NCBI GenBank assembly: GCA_002189035.1
Contig: NEEC01000017.1
Span: 806,001 to 870,000, forward strand
From: Utricularia gibba
Lineage: Eukaryota > Plantae > Magnoliophyta
Length of the DNA: 64,000 nt
Direction: 5' to 3'
The position numbers and the translations under genes are program-made. Under the pieces are notes generated by a model. The model was not told where the DNA came from. It saw nothing but the letters and a program-made list of their open reading frames with translations, and made no database searches. Positions 1-10,172 of this stretch are shown here, piece by piece. Every line of letters begins with the position of its first letter. The stretch's first letter is position 1.

Positions 1-178
1 AGAAAACTCAACAATTCCCACTAAAGATGCGGCTTCAACCAAAGAAGAGAAATCTCACAGAAACCTCAACGTCAAAACCATCATGAGCATATACAAACAA
101 TCATAGATCAGAATGGGACAGGCCACATTTTAAAGGCCATACAAAACGACAAAAGTATAGGGGAAATTGAAAAAATAC

Positions 179-1625
179 CTCAAACTGCTCCAAAGTCGCG
201 TATGATCCATTTCCCAGCTTCTTCCTGACAGTGGAAAAAGCCATTGGGTGCTTTATTACATCATGGTAATCTGGGAGCTGCATCAAAAACAACTAAAAAG
301 GTTTACGAATTGCAAATAGATACTCAAGATACTTAAAAAGGTTGTATCCGGCATACCTCTTCAGGATCAACTGGTTCGGCATAAACACCATAAGTGTCTT
401 TCCTGGTCAAATTAGAGGATGTAAATTAGAATCAGCCCTTTAAATCTATAATGACCATGTTCACTCAATGCATCAATGCACCCAATTTCCTCTGAATTTC
501 GTCCAAACACGCATTACGAACTCAGAAATCAAGATGCCAAATGTTAATGACATACTTCTGAAGCTTGTCCAGAATCAACTCCAAGGTCTTCTTATCAGGC
601 AACGGCTGCCCTTGTAAACTATTACTAGCCGTCACTGTATCATACAAAACGATTAGTCATCAGCAACGGGTATTTGCACAATCCATTAGTTGTGACGCCG
701 CTTTTTTTTTAATGAATAAAGTAGCACTAAAGAGGAAGATTAATCAAACCTGGATTCGAGTCTTCGCCTCTACGCAAGGGCTTCTTCCTAGTAATCTGTC
801 AACAATTCACATAGTTTGTTGATAAACTTCCCAAAAAGCTAACTAAAAGTAGCGAAACACCCCAGCCTAAATTCAGTTGCATATGTAAATTCGTAGAACC
901 CAGTAACCATAACATAACCCCACCCTACAAGGCACAGCGAAGTATAGGTGACAAAAGACACGTGTGTTGGTCTCCCGATGATAAGGGGGAAAAGGTGACT
1001 CTGTTGTGGGAGTATCAAGAATAATTAGACAAGACTCATGCAAATGGCGCAGCATGTTTCGGAAGGAGAAAGCTCTGCTGAAAGACTGAGAAGCAGAGCT
1101 TTTAGATTCTGTGGGGTTTACCCAGAAAACACAAAGTAGCCTAATACGCATTTCGACAAATCATCCCATTCGATGGAAGAAAATTACCTCTTGATCATTC
1201 CCTTCACTGTAATTCTCATCGTGATTGGGGCCATCATCCTCGTCAATCTCATCAATTATCTTCCTCCTCTTATGCGACGGCCCATCTGACGAAGACTGCG
1301 AGAAACCCGGAGCGGTGGTTGTTGTCGTTGTTGCTGACCGGAGCTGCCCGGTTTGGAGGTTGAGGAGATGGTTGAGCTTCTTCTCCCTCCGGCGCTGGTC
1401 CTCCTCGAAAATATCGTCCTCATCGAAGTAGTCATCGAGGTCAAAAAGATACCTAACATTCCTCCGACGCAAACTCCGGCGAACGTCCGGCTCCGACGGA
1501 TCGGAGTTGCGCGTACGAGCTGTGCTGTTCAGCTTGCTCTTCTTCTTCTTGTTGTGGCCCATAATCATACGACTTTTGTCTCCTAGTTCTGCTGCAGTAG
1601 CTGCCCTTTTTCTCTCAGCAGACAT
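179..1625 (-). CDS. Bromodomain-containing protein (plant BRD1/2/13-like); 5' part only, gene runs off the left edge
   Basis: GT-AG bounded exons 1625-1188, 634-556 (GQPLPDKKTLELILDKLQK), 402-357 (KDTYGVYAEPVDPEE) and 277-179 (LPDYHDVIKHPMAFSTVRKKLGNGSYATLEQFE) give the start of a bromodomain; basic/acidic N-terminus. A probable 5'UTR intron lies upstream. Confidence 0.9.
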
Positions 1626-2523
1626 GGGAATTGGGAACGGGAACTCAACCTCAACTCAACCCTTTACTCTCACGCACTAGTCATCCCCGACCTCGTGCTG
1701 CTGCAGGATCAAGAAAAAACAAAGGCGTACACTTTGGATTTTTCACTTTCAGAGATTCACTAAATAAAGCCAGATCTAACAGCTGTGCCTGGCTAATATT
1801 TTCGATTTCAGCAAGCAAAGCCACATACAAGGGAATGAAACCGGAGCCCCATCTCCGACAACTAAATACTATAGATTCCCCGTCTGATCCCAGCGTCCGG
1901 CCACAGGCAAATTTAGGGTTCAGTTTACCTTCTCCCGAGTGGAATTTTACTGCAACCAAAACCCAACTTGACTTTTCTTCACTTTTTGTCATTTTTTTAC
2001 ATCCATATACCTTCCTTTTTTTTTATTACTTTTCAAGAACTTAAAAATAATAATGTTGAACTAAAAATAGCTGAAAATAGAACATATATTCTTCTTATTT
2101 TTTGAAACGAAAAGCTACAAACTTACGTAACGCGTTCATCACCTTGTTCTGTTCACTTGAAATTTGCCCCAGCCGCATCTTGAACCGGAATCGCAAGGTT
2201 TCCAAATCACGCTTCTCTTCTTCAACAGCATCGCATCTCGTTTTCAAAATCGCGACTGCAGGCTTGAAATTAGGGTCCGTTTCAGTAACGTCGAAAAAAT
2301 GCAATTAGAGACAGTACTGCTCTCACCTGACCGACTCTTTCTGTAACTTCAGACCAATCCAAATTCCACCGCTCAATCAAAATGCTCTGCTCCACAATCC
2401 TGAACTGAGCTCTCCAATCACGGAAACTGATCTCCTTATCTGCGTCTTAATCGTAGTCTAATCCACTGAACACAAGAAAACTGTTTCAGTATCTGGGCCA
2501 TTTTTTTTAATTTTATTTCTTCA

Positions 2524-2566
2524 TGGGCCTGGACCCGCTACACTGAAAACTAACCAGATGGGCCCA
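2524..2566. promoter_or_regulatory. Site II (TGGGCY/GGCCCA) motifs, probable core promoter region of the bromodomain gene
   Basis: TGGGCC at 2524 and TGGGCCCA at 2559, just upstream of a minus-strand UTR-like exon (~2466-2327). Confidence 0.45.
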
Positions 2567-3007
2567 AGATCCATTATTAATTTTCCTCTTTTTGAAATTA
2601 AATGCTTTTATAATCTCCGATGACTAATATACTTTAAATAAAATTAACTATTTTTAAGTAAAACCGCATGTTTTATATAAATTTAATTCTTAAATTACAT
2701 TAAATCTGGTTTATTATACAGGTCCAAAACCATTAAAACCTTACTAAAACTATTTAAAATAAAATATGAAAAAATATTCGAGGGATTGTTGGTAATAGAG
2801 AGTCGTGACGGCTTGATATTTTTGACTTGGAAAGAACAACTACCGCAACAAGAAGAAATCAAACACAAGCTCTAATATTCCAATTCCCTCACTAATATTC
2901 AAAACCCATCGGGATGGTTGAAATTCATTGTCATATTTTAAATTTCATCGAAATTTCGTATTTTCAATTTATCCCCAAATAAAATATTTTCTAAATTTAA
3001 AATTTTA

Positions 3008-3720
3008 AACCCTTGTTCCGCATAATGAGAATGTAAACATACGTATTAAGGAGATGTTCTGCTCATTTTTCTCATTTTAGAATCTCATTATATTAAAAAT
3101 GAGAATGAAGTTGTTTCTATATTTTATAAATAAAATATTTTTTTAAGAATGAGAATTTAAATCGTGTGAGAATAAAGAATAAAAAAGTATCTTTGTTCTA
3201 TTTATTTTTTATATTCTTATTATGTAAAATAAAAATATAACAGAAAAATGTATAAAGACATATCCTAAGACTATGTTCGGCACATATTCCGATTCTCATT
3301 TTTTGTCACAATATAAAAAGCTTAATAATTATGTAAAACACAACTATTTCTCATTTTCTAAAATAAAAAAATGTCAATTTATGATTCTAAAAAATAACGC
3401 ATAAATGCAAAATAAATCATTCTGCTAATTCTAATTTTCCATTTTCATTCTAATAATTTCTTATTATCTATTTCAATTTCTTTCCTTAAATTCATTCATC
3501 AGTTTTTTATTTCCAGAATTTTAATGAATTAAATGTTAAATCTGTAAACTGTCATTTGAATATTATTGCAAAGTAATTTTATAATTTCTTTTTAAAGATA
3601 TAGAATCGAAACTTATTTTACTTAAATTTTCTCATTTTTTAATTATTTTTTAAAATTATAAAACACCAACTCATTTTAATAATAATAATTATTATTATTA
3701 TTTAAGAAACTATTTGAATA
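3008..3720. mobile_element. AT-rich, probably decayed MITE-like sequence
   Basis: Many ATGAGAAT/ATTCTCAT copies in both orientations; TAA followed by GACTATGTTCGG at 3266-3280 resembles a Tourist-type terminus; no matching right TIR found. Confidence 0.3.
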
Positions 3721-3967
3721 ATATGTATAGGCTTATAATTAAGTGGGCATGGAGCGGGTGGTTGATGATGAGTGGATCCACAGGAGAGCGAGCTCCTCCA
3801 CCTACCCTACGCAACAGCTTTACAGTTGAATTGCAACGGAACACTGTGCAACGCATGTTTTAGTCGTTTAGAGCATTTAATAAAATAAAATGGAGTTGGC
3901 ATCCCTTTGTCAATGCCCACGTGCGCTTCCTTTCGGACACAACTAACACACGTGCTTCTTCAAGCCC

Positions 3968-4002
3968 CTCTCTCTCTCTCTCTCTCTCTCTCGCTCTCTC
4001 TC
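3968..4002. repeat. (CT)n microsatellite
   Basis: Near-perfect CT dinucleotide run just downstream of the MAPKKK stop. Confidence 0.95.
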
Positions 4003-4078
4003 ACATGGATGGTAGAATCCGTTTACGTCCCTCGCCCGCAATCCATGGCTGGCTGGCTGGCTTCCAAGTTTCTGTTTT

Positions 4079-5296
4079 TTAACTGGGAATGTTAGTTGAT
4101 TCTTGTTTCGTTGGGGAAGTGAAGAGATTGGGAGATGAAGTAAACGTGGAGAAGAATTTATGACAGGTTTGATCGAAAACGATACAGGGTGAGGGATCGT
4201 GTTCCTCTGTGACACTACGACTATCAAAATTGGATGGGGCTTCTGATTCGTCATCAATTATATTTGGTGATCGGGAGGGCTCTTCGTTCTGATGTGAAGA
4301 TGATGATTCTTGCACGTCGTTTCCTCGGATCTTCATCCAGTCTTGCTGGTCGCCCCAGTTTGGGAAATTGGAACCCGACTCGCTTCCGATCAAGCAGAGG
4401 ATCCTGATCGCCGGAGGATCTGGAGACGAGGGGATCGCTCTGGAGGATTCTGGATCCTCCATTTGGTCCCAAAATGCTTGATCCACCACACTCGTCGGAG
4501 ATTCTCTGGTGGGTACTCTGAAATTGCCGGAATCCTCATTGATGAAGGGGTGGTGTAACAGCTCTGCCGCCGTCCACCGCTCACTGGGGTCTTTCATAAA
4601 GCACCTAGCGAGGAAGTCCTTGGCTGTGTTCGATAGCGGATCAGGGAACTGCAGCGCGTCACTGGAGTAAGCTACTCTGTGAAGGACAGAGACGGGATCC
4701 TTGATCTCCGGCCAGGGATTAGATCCCGTCGCCATTTCGACGACTGTGCAACCTAGAGCCCAAATATCTGCCGAATACCCCTGACTCTCCCCTCGAGCGA
4801 CTTCTGGCGCCATGTACGCCGGCGTTCCGGCGATCGCAGATTCGCCAATTCCTCCCCATTTCGCACATCCAAAGTCGCCGATCTTAACCTCTCCGTCGCG
4901 AATCAAAATATTCTGCCCTTTGATATCACAGTGCACGAGCCCTTTACCATGGATATAGTCCAATCCCTTCACAATCTGATGAGAAAAATACTGAATACTC
5001 TTCTCATCGAGCGATCCCCCTCGGCTCCTAATCAGATCGGAAACCGTACCTCCGGCGGCATACTCCATAAAAAGATTAAACATCGCTTTTCCTCCATCGC
5101 GCGTCACATCGGAACCCAAGCACTTCACGACGTGCGGAGAGCATAGCTCCGACATCACGCGCTCCTCATTCCGCAGCCCACTGGAACAACAGAGATCAGA
5201 TGACTTAACGGCGAATACCTCGCCGGAAACGGCGGTTGCGAGGTAGACGGTAGCGGAGGAACCGCGGCCGATGACCGGACCCCGTTTCCATTCCAT
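4079..5296 (-). CDS. Intronless MAP kinase kinase kinase (MAPKKK15-18 / NPK1-related clade)
   Basis: MEWKRGPVIGRGSSATV, FAVKS, HCDIKGQN, DFG, GTPAYMAPE, ADIWALGC all intact; C-terminal SPTSVVDQAFW motif typical of the clade. Start set at ATG 5296 because the upstream ATG lies inside the TATA box. Confidence 0.93.
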   Translation of the reverse strand: MEWKRGPVIGRGSSATVYLATAVSGEVFAVKSSDLCCSSGLRNEERVMSELCSPHVVKCLGSDVTRDGGKAMFNLFMEYAAGGTVSDLIRSRGGSLDEKSIQYFSHQIVKGLDYIHGKGLVHCDIKGQNILIRDGEVKIGDFGCAKWGGIGESAIAGTPAYMAPEVARGESQGYSADIWALGCTVVEMATGSNPWPEIKDPVSVLHRVAYSSDALQFPDPLSNTAKDFLARCFMKDPSERWTAAELLHHPFINEDSGNFRVPTRESPTSVVDQAFWDQMEDPESSRAIPSSPDPPAIRILCLIGSESGSNFPNWGDQQDWMKIRGNDVQESSSSHQNEEPSRSPNIIDDESEAPSNFDSRSVTEEHDPSPCIVFDQTCHKFFSTFTSSPNLFTSPTKQESTNIPS

Positions 5297-5363
5297 TTCA
5301 GAAAGACTCCGAATTGACCCCTCCCTCAAAGCATCGCGTCGCAGGTGCCCACCGGAGGCGCCC

Positions 5364-5920
5364 ATTTATAGGCGAGAGTGGTTCTGATTACGTGTACGCG
5401 AGCACAGGTAACCATGCGTGGACCTCGTGAAGAAAGAATCCTGTCGGACTACTCCACTTTTCACGATTCCGGGAATTTAACCCCCGCCGACGCTCCGCCT
5501 CCGTCGGTGACGGCCACAATTAATTCATCTCACTCTTCCTCAACTTTTCTTACATTATAATAACTAATTTTAAAAATACTAAATATAAAAATCAATAATT
5601 TGACAGACTTCTAAAACAGGTCCACCCTTTTTTTCGAGTTAATTTGAAAAATACACACTGTAGTCTTTTACTGTGTTTAGAAAACTATCCGTGTATTTTT
5701 TTGTGTTTAGTGTGTGTGAGAGAAATGTACAGTAGTTAAATTTCAAAATGACCCCCTTTTTCTCCCCCACATTGACCTTTAGATCCACAATTGGCCACGT
5801 GGATGTAAGATTTAGACTCGTGTTGACGTAAGCCCGACCACGAGTTTGGGTGGGTAAATTAGCATAATATCCTTACTTTCCAAATCAATTTACTAAAAGA
5901 GCGTGTTGCCACGTCGACGG
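5364..5920 (-). promoter_or_regulatory. MAPKKK promoter: TATA box plus ACGT-core ABRE/G-box cluster
   Basis: TATAAAT on the minus strand at 5364-5370; ACGTGT at 5390, CACGTG at 5796, TGACGT near 5824, CACGTC at 5910. Confidence 0.65.
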
Positions 5921-7297
5921 CGGACCCTTGTGACCCTCGTGGCGGCAAGGTCGACGCGCCGCCGTTCAGTTACTCCGCGGCCCAATCAGATTTCAAAAAG
6001 CCAAGGCCCATTAAACCTCGTGGGCTATTTATGCCTAGGTTCATGAGAACCAAGAAACAAATTCCCCACCACACATTCTACCATAATTAAAAAAAGAAAA
6101 AAATCGAAAATGAAATATCCAGACCATTTTAATTTGTTTGTGTAAGGTGAAGTGACTCTTATGATGGTATACCACATTAGTTATGGACTGAAAAGAGAAT
6201 AAAATTAAATAAAATATCATTTATGATTTTTTTTTTTTAAAAAAACGTTATATCATGAAGATTGAATGTATGAAATGAATAATATTGTGCAAGATGATAG
6301 AATCAAAACCAAACCTGGGCACGTACCAATGATAGCTCGTTGAATGTTTAAGAAGATGAGAGTATAAGGCTAAAGATTTAGTAATATAATCTCTCTTGAT
6401 TAAAGATAATGATGTGCTTAAATAAAGGAAAATCTCATAATTTTGTATGAGGTTTGTTATCTAAAAAGGTAGAAGATTGGATGCCCGCATTTAGGGTTTA
6501 GGACATATTATATTTTATAAACATAAAATAATGAAATCTTCAAATGATCTGAGGTGCCTATGTAGTGATTTGAATATTGTATCATATAATAAAGTATTCA
6601 GTGTATGATCTAATACATGGTATGAAATCTTCATGGAACATATTATTTGAGGTGCGTTGTGGGGCCGGACCCCGATAGTGGTTGAGCCAATCACGTCCAC
6701 ACGAGAAAACTTGATAATGGAGCGAATGGATAAGAACCACAAGATGTGTCCAAATTGGACTCACCGTACCACCGTGTATTCATTTGGCGTCCAAATGACA
6801 ACACCGTGGTCTAGTCTCCACCGCACTCCTCGACTCATTCTAACAACTTTTTTCTTTCCTTTTAACTAAATCTGGGACTTGTCGATCATGGGATTCATGT
6901 CTTGTGTAAAAGTCGTTTTGAAGCGTAAATTATTTATATAAGTATTGGATTAAATTATAATTCAATCGTTTTTGAAATAATATTTGGAATAGTGATTTTA
7001 TTTGGAAATATTTGTGATGATTATTGAGAGATGGGGACATAAAATAATGATAAAAATGGGTTTGGAAATATTTGTGATTATTATTGAAAGGAGGTGGCGA
7101 TTTAAGAATGGGTGTCCGTATTAGTCTGGCGGCGGGGCCCGGTGTCGAATATTCTATCGTGCGCTTGGGTCTTTAAAGGGAGCTAGGGGTGCCCTTATCT
7201 CGATCGCACCCCTCGTCGGAATCCTTCACTGAGAATCGCTGGAGTCTGCGCGCAGGTCTCTTGGGGGTGAAACCCGGGCCGACGAGTTGTTGACATC

Positions 7298-7471
7298 ACG
7301 GCTGTTTTATTAGCAATTCGTCGGAGCTTACATGTCCGAAAAGTACGACGCAAGGGTTGTGTGACCGAGAGCAACCCTTCGCCGCACGGAGGACGCGGAG
7401 CTTTGCCGTCTGAAGGGGGGTGTCCTTCAGATCTTCTGTTTCTTGCTGGAGGGGGTCGTTTTCTCCACTAA
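7298..7471 (+). CDS. Conserved non-AUG (ACG-initiated) peptide uORF of GDP-L-galactose phosphorylase
   Basis: ATC-ACG start context at 7295-7300; 57 codons (T/M)AVLLAIRRSLHVRKVRRKGCVTESNPSPHGGRGALPSEGGCPSDLLFLAGGGRFLH*; the C-terminal half matches the known GGP uORF motif. Confidence 0.9.
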   Translation, partial: TAVLLAIRRSLHVRKVRRKGCVTESNPSPHGGRGALPSEGGCPSDLLFLAGGGRFLH

Positions 7472-7577
7472 GGCGGCACCTCTGTTTTTGTAAATTCGTT
7501 CGTGTCTCCTGACTGTTCGTACGTCTGTGTTGTTTCTGCTATCTTCTGTTTAACGAGGGAGTGTGGTGTTGAAGACG

Positions 7578-9473
7578 ATGATGCTCAGGATTAAGCGGGT
7601 TCCTACTGTTGTTTCTAATTACCAGAAGGACGAGGCTGAGGATGGCGGCTGCGGCCGCAATTGTCTTCGAAGTTGTTGCCTTCCTAGTAAGTGTTCCATG
7701 CTTTCTTGATTGGTTGATCTGATTGATTTATGGTAGACTGTTTATTAACTACGGCCTTCTTTTGTTTTGTCCAGAGGCGAAGCTGCCTTTGTATGCTTTT
7801 AGGAAGGTCGAAAATATTGATCTTGAAAAGGAGATTATTGCCTGTGGAAATGAAGACACCTCGGTGGATTTCCTCAACTCCGTTGTGCTGGCTGAGGTAA
7901 AAACTCAATTCACGATCTCGTTGTTATGATATGGGCTAAGCACTGACTGGCTATCTCTCTTGTTTTCAGTGGGAAGATCGTATGCAGAGAGGCCTCTTCC
8001 GCTATGATGTTACTGCTTGTGAAACCAAGGTTTGCCTTTTTGCCCATCTGTTTCCTAAATTAGATGGTAGTTTGATCTGGTCATAACTTATTGCTTAGTT
8101 ATTCGGCGTTCTCTCCTCAATGATGGAAGAAAGAACAAAAAAGTAGGAGGTTTTTTATTTGTGTAGAGTTGAGAATTATTTTTCTGACTGCTGACTTTGA
8201 TAGAATAGTCCAAGTGTGAACATTTTTTCTATGGCGTACAGAATTTTTGTTTTTTTAGTGCCACGAAAGTCTTTTTATCTGCCTGCTGTTATTTCGAATT
8301 CTTAGCAGTTGATTGTGTTTATTAGGTGATTCCTGGAAAGCACGGATTTATTGCTCAGCTGAATGAGGGAAGACACCTCAAGAAGAGGCCAACTGAGTTC
8401 CGCGTTGATAAGGTTTTGCAGCCATTTGATGAGAACAAGTTCAACTTCACTAAGGTTGGCCAAGAAGAGATCCTCTTTCAGTTTGAGCCAAGCAAGAACA
8501 GCGTTGCTCAGTACTTCCCTAGTGCACCGGTGAATAGCCAAAAGCTGCAGAGTGTTGTAGCCATCAATGTATGTAACTGGTTCTTGTTTTCAACCCAGCT
8601 AGCATTTTCTTATCATTCAGTTAAATTTTGCAGGTTAGTCCTATTGAATATGGGCATGTGCTCCTCATTCCTTCGATCCTTGAACGCCTTCCTCAAATGA
8701 TAGACTGTGAAAGCTTCTTACTTGCTCTCTACATGGCTGTAGAAGCAGGGAATCCGTACTTCCGTGTTGGCTATAATAGCTTGGGTGCCTTTGCAACTAT
8801 CAACCATCTTCACTTTCAGGCTTATTACTTGGAGATTCCTTTTCCAATCGAAAGGGCGCAGTCGAAGAAGATAGCCACCACAACTAATGGGGTGACAATA
8901 TCTGACATTCTGAATTTCCCTGTTAGATGTCTGGTTTTTGAGGGTGGTAATTCTCTCAAGGATCTATCGAATGCTGTCTCCTACTCATGCATTTGCTTGC
9001 AAGAGAACAACATCCCTTTCAATGTGCTCATTGCAGACTCCGGGAGGCGTATTTTCCTCATCCCCCAGGTTAGATTCGAACTCAAACCATTATCCTTTAG
9101 CTCCCTTGCATCAGGAAACATCATCTAACTTTCTGAATGGGCGCAGTGCTATGCAGAAAAGCAGGCTCTCGGTGAAGTGAGCCCCGAGCTGCTGGACACA
9201 CAGGTGAATCCTGCAGTTTGGGAGATCAGTGGGCACATGGTGCTGAAACGCAAGGAGGATTACGATGGGGCAACTGAGGAGAAGGCATGGAGGCTCCTTG
9301 CCGAGGTATCCCTCTCCGAAGAGAGACTCCAGGAAGTGAAGGAGCTCATATTTGCTGCCATCTGCAATGAGACCAAGGCCGAGGAGGCTACTGCCAATGC
9401 CACCATCCCTGCACCATCTCGTGACAATGTCGACTTTCTCCCAACCCCCCCAGCCAAGATGGTCCCTGTCTAG
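7578..9473 (+). CDS. VTC2: GDP-L-galactose phosphorylase (ascorbate biosynthesis)
   Basis: MMLRIKRVPTVVSNYQKDE start; six exons (7578-7686, 7775-7896, 7970-8029, 8326-8568, 8634-9068, 9147-9473) join in frame; HIT-like HLHFQ motif present. VTC2 versus VTC5 paralog not resolvable. Confidence 0.96.
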
Positions 9474-10172
9474 ATGAAACAGGGCGCCTCTCCTATAACC
9501 CCAAGGTCGCATAAACCATCTCTTTCTGAGAGGGCGCTTCTGCTATTGGCCTCAGACCTCAGAAGCAGCTCCCCTTTTGTTTGTGTTAATCGTGCAGTGT
9601 CAGTGTATGTGCTACTTCCGCTGTTGGATATCATTCTTCTTCTTGTGTGTAAATGCATCAAGGCTGTGGAAATGCTTTGTTCTTATCATCTTCACATCAA
9701 ATGTGTGCGCTGTGTGAAATTTGTGTAAAATGTTGGGGGCGCTCGGAAATAATATAAATGAGGAAAGGGGTAAGATTGTAATTTCATTTGGGAGGAGAGG
9801 GGAGAGGGTACGGATATGGAATCTATATAGAATTTTCTCGGGCGCTCTGTGATGGCGTTGCCCTGCTCAGGTTTTATGGTGCGTGCCCTCACCTCACCTC
9901 ACCTCACCTCGTCGCTCGCTAACAAAAGAAACGATTTTTAGACAAAAACGAAGCTTCTCTTTGCCGCAAACAAATTACCCGCCAAAAGGTTAATTTTTAA
10001 GTTTCTTCTTTAACGATTTTTCACACAGGGGAATCTTTCGCCTCCAAGGGTTCGTTTTCCTACCCAATTCATTCCTTCACATGGGTCTTCGTCCTATGCA
10101 GGTTTCGTTGCAGTCGCATCTTCGCCACGTGGGTTGTTGGGCGATTTGCTTCCTGGGTTTTGATTTTGTTCC

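Noticed and set aside
873-2304. ORFs 873-1151, 1631-2044, 1681-1992 and 2095-2304
   Set aside because: They lie in introns or UTR of the bromodomain gene and show no homology I can recognise.
5297-5365. 23-aa N-terminal extension of the MAPKKK in the ORF track
   Set aside because: Its ATG (5365-5363) overlaps the TATAAAT box, so it is unlikely to be transcribed; homologs start at MEW.
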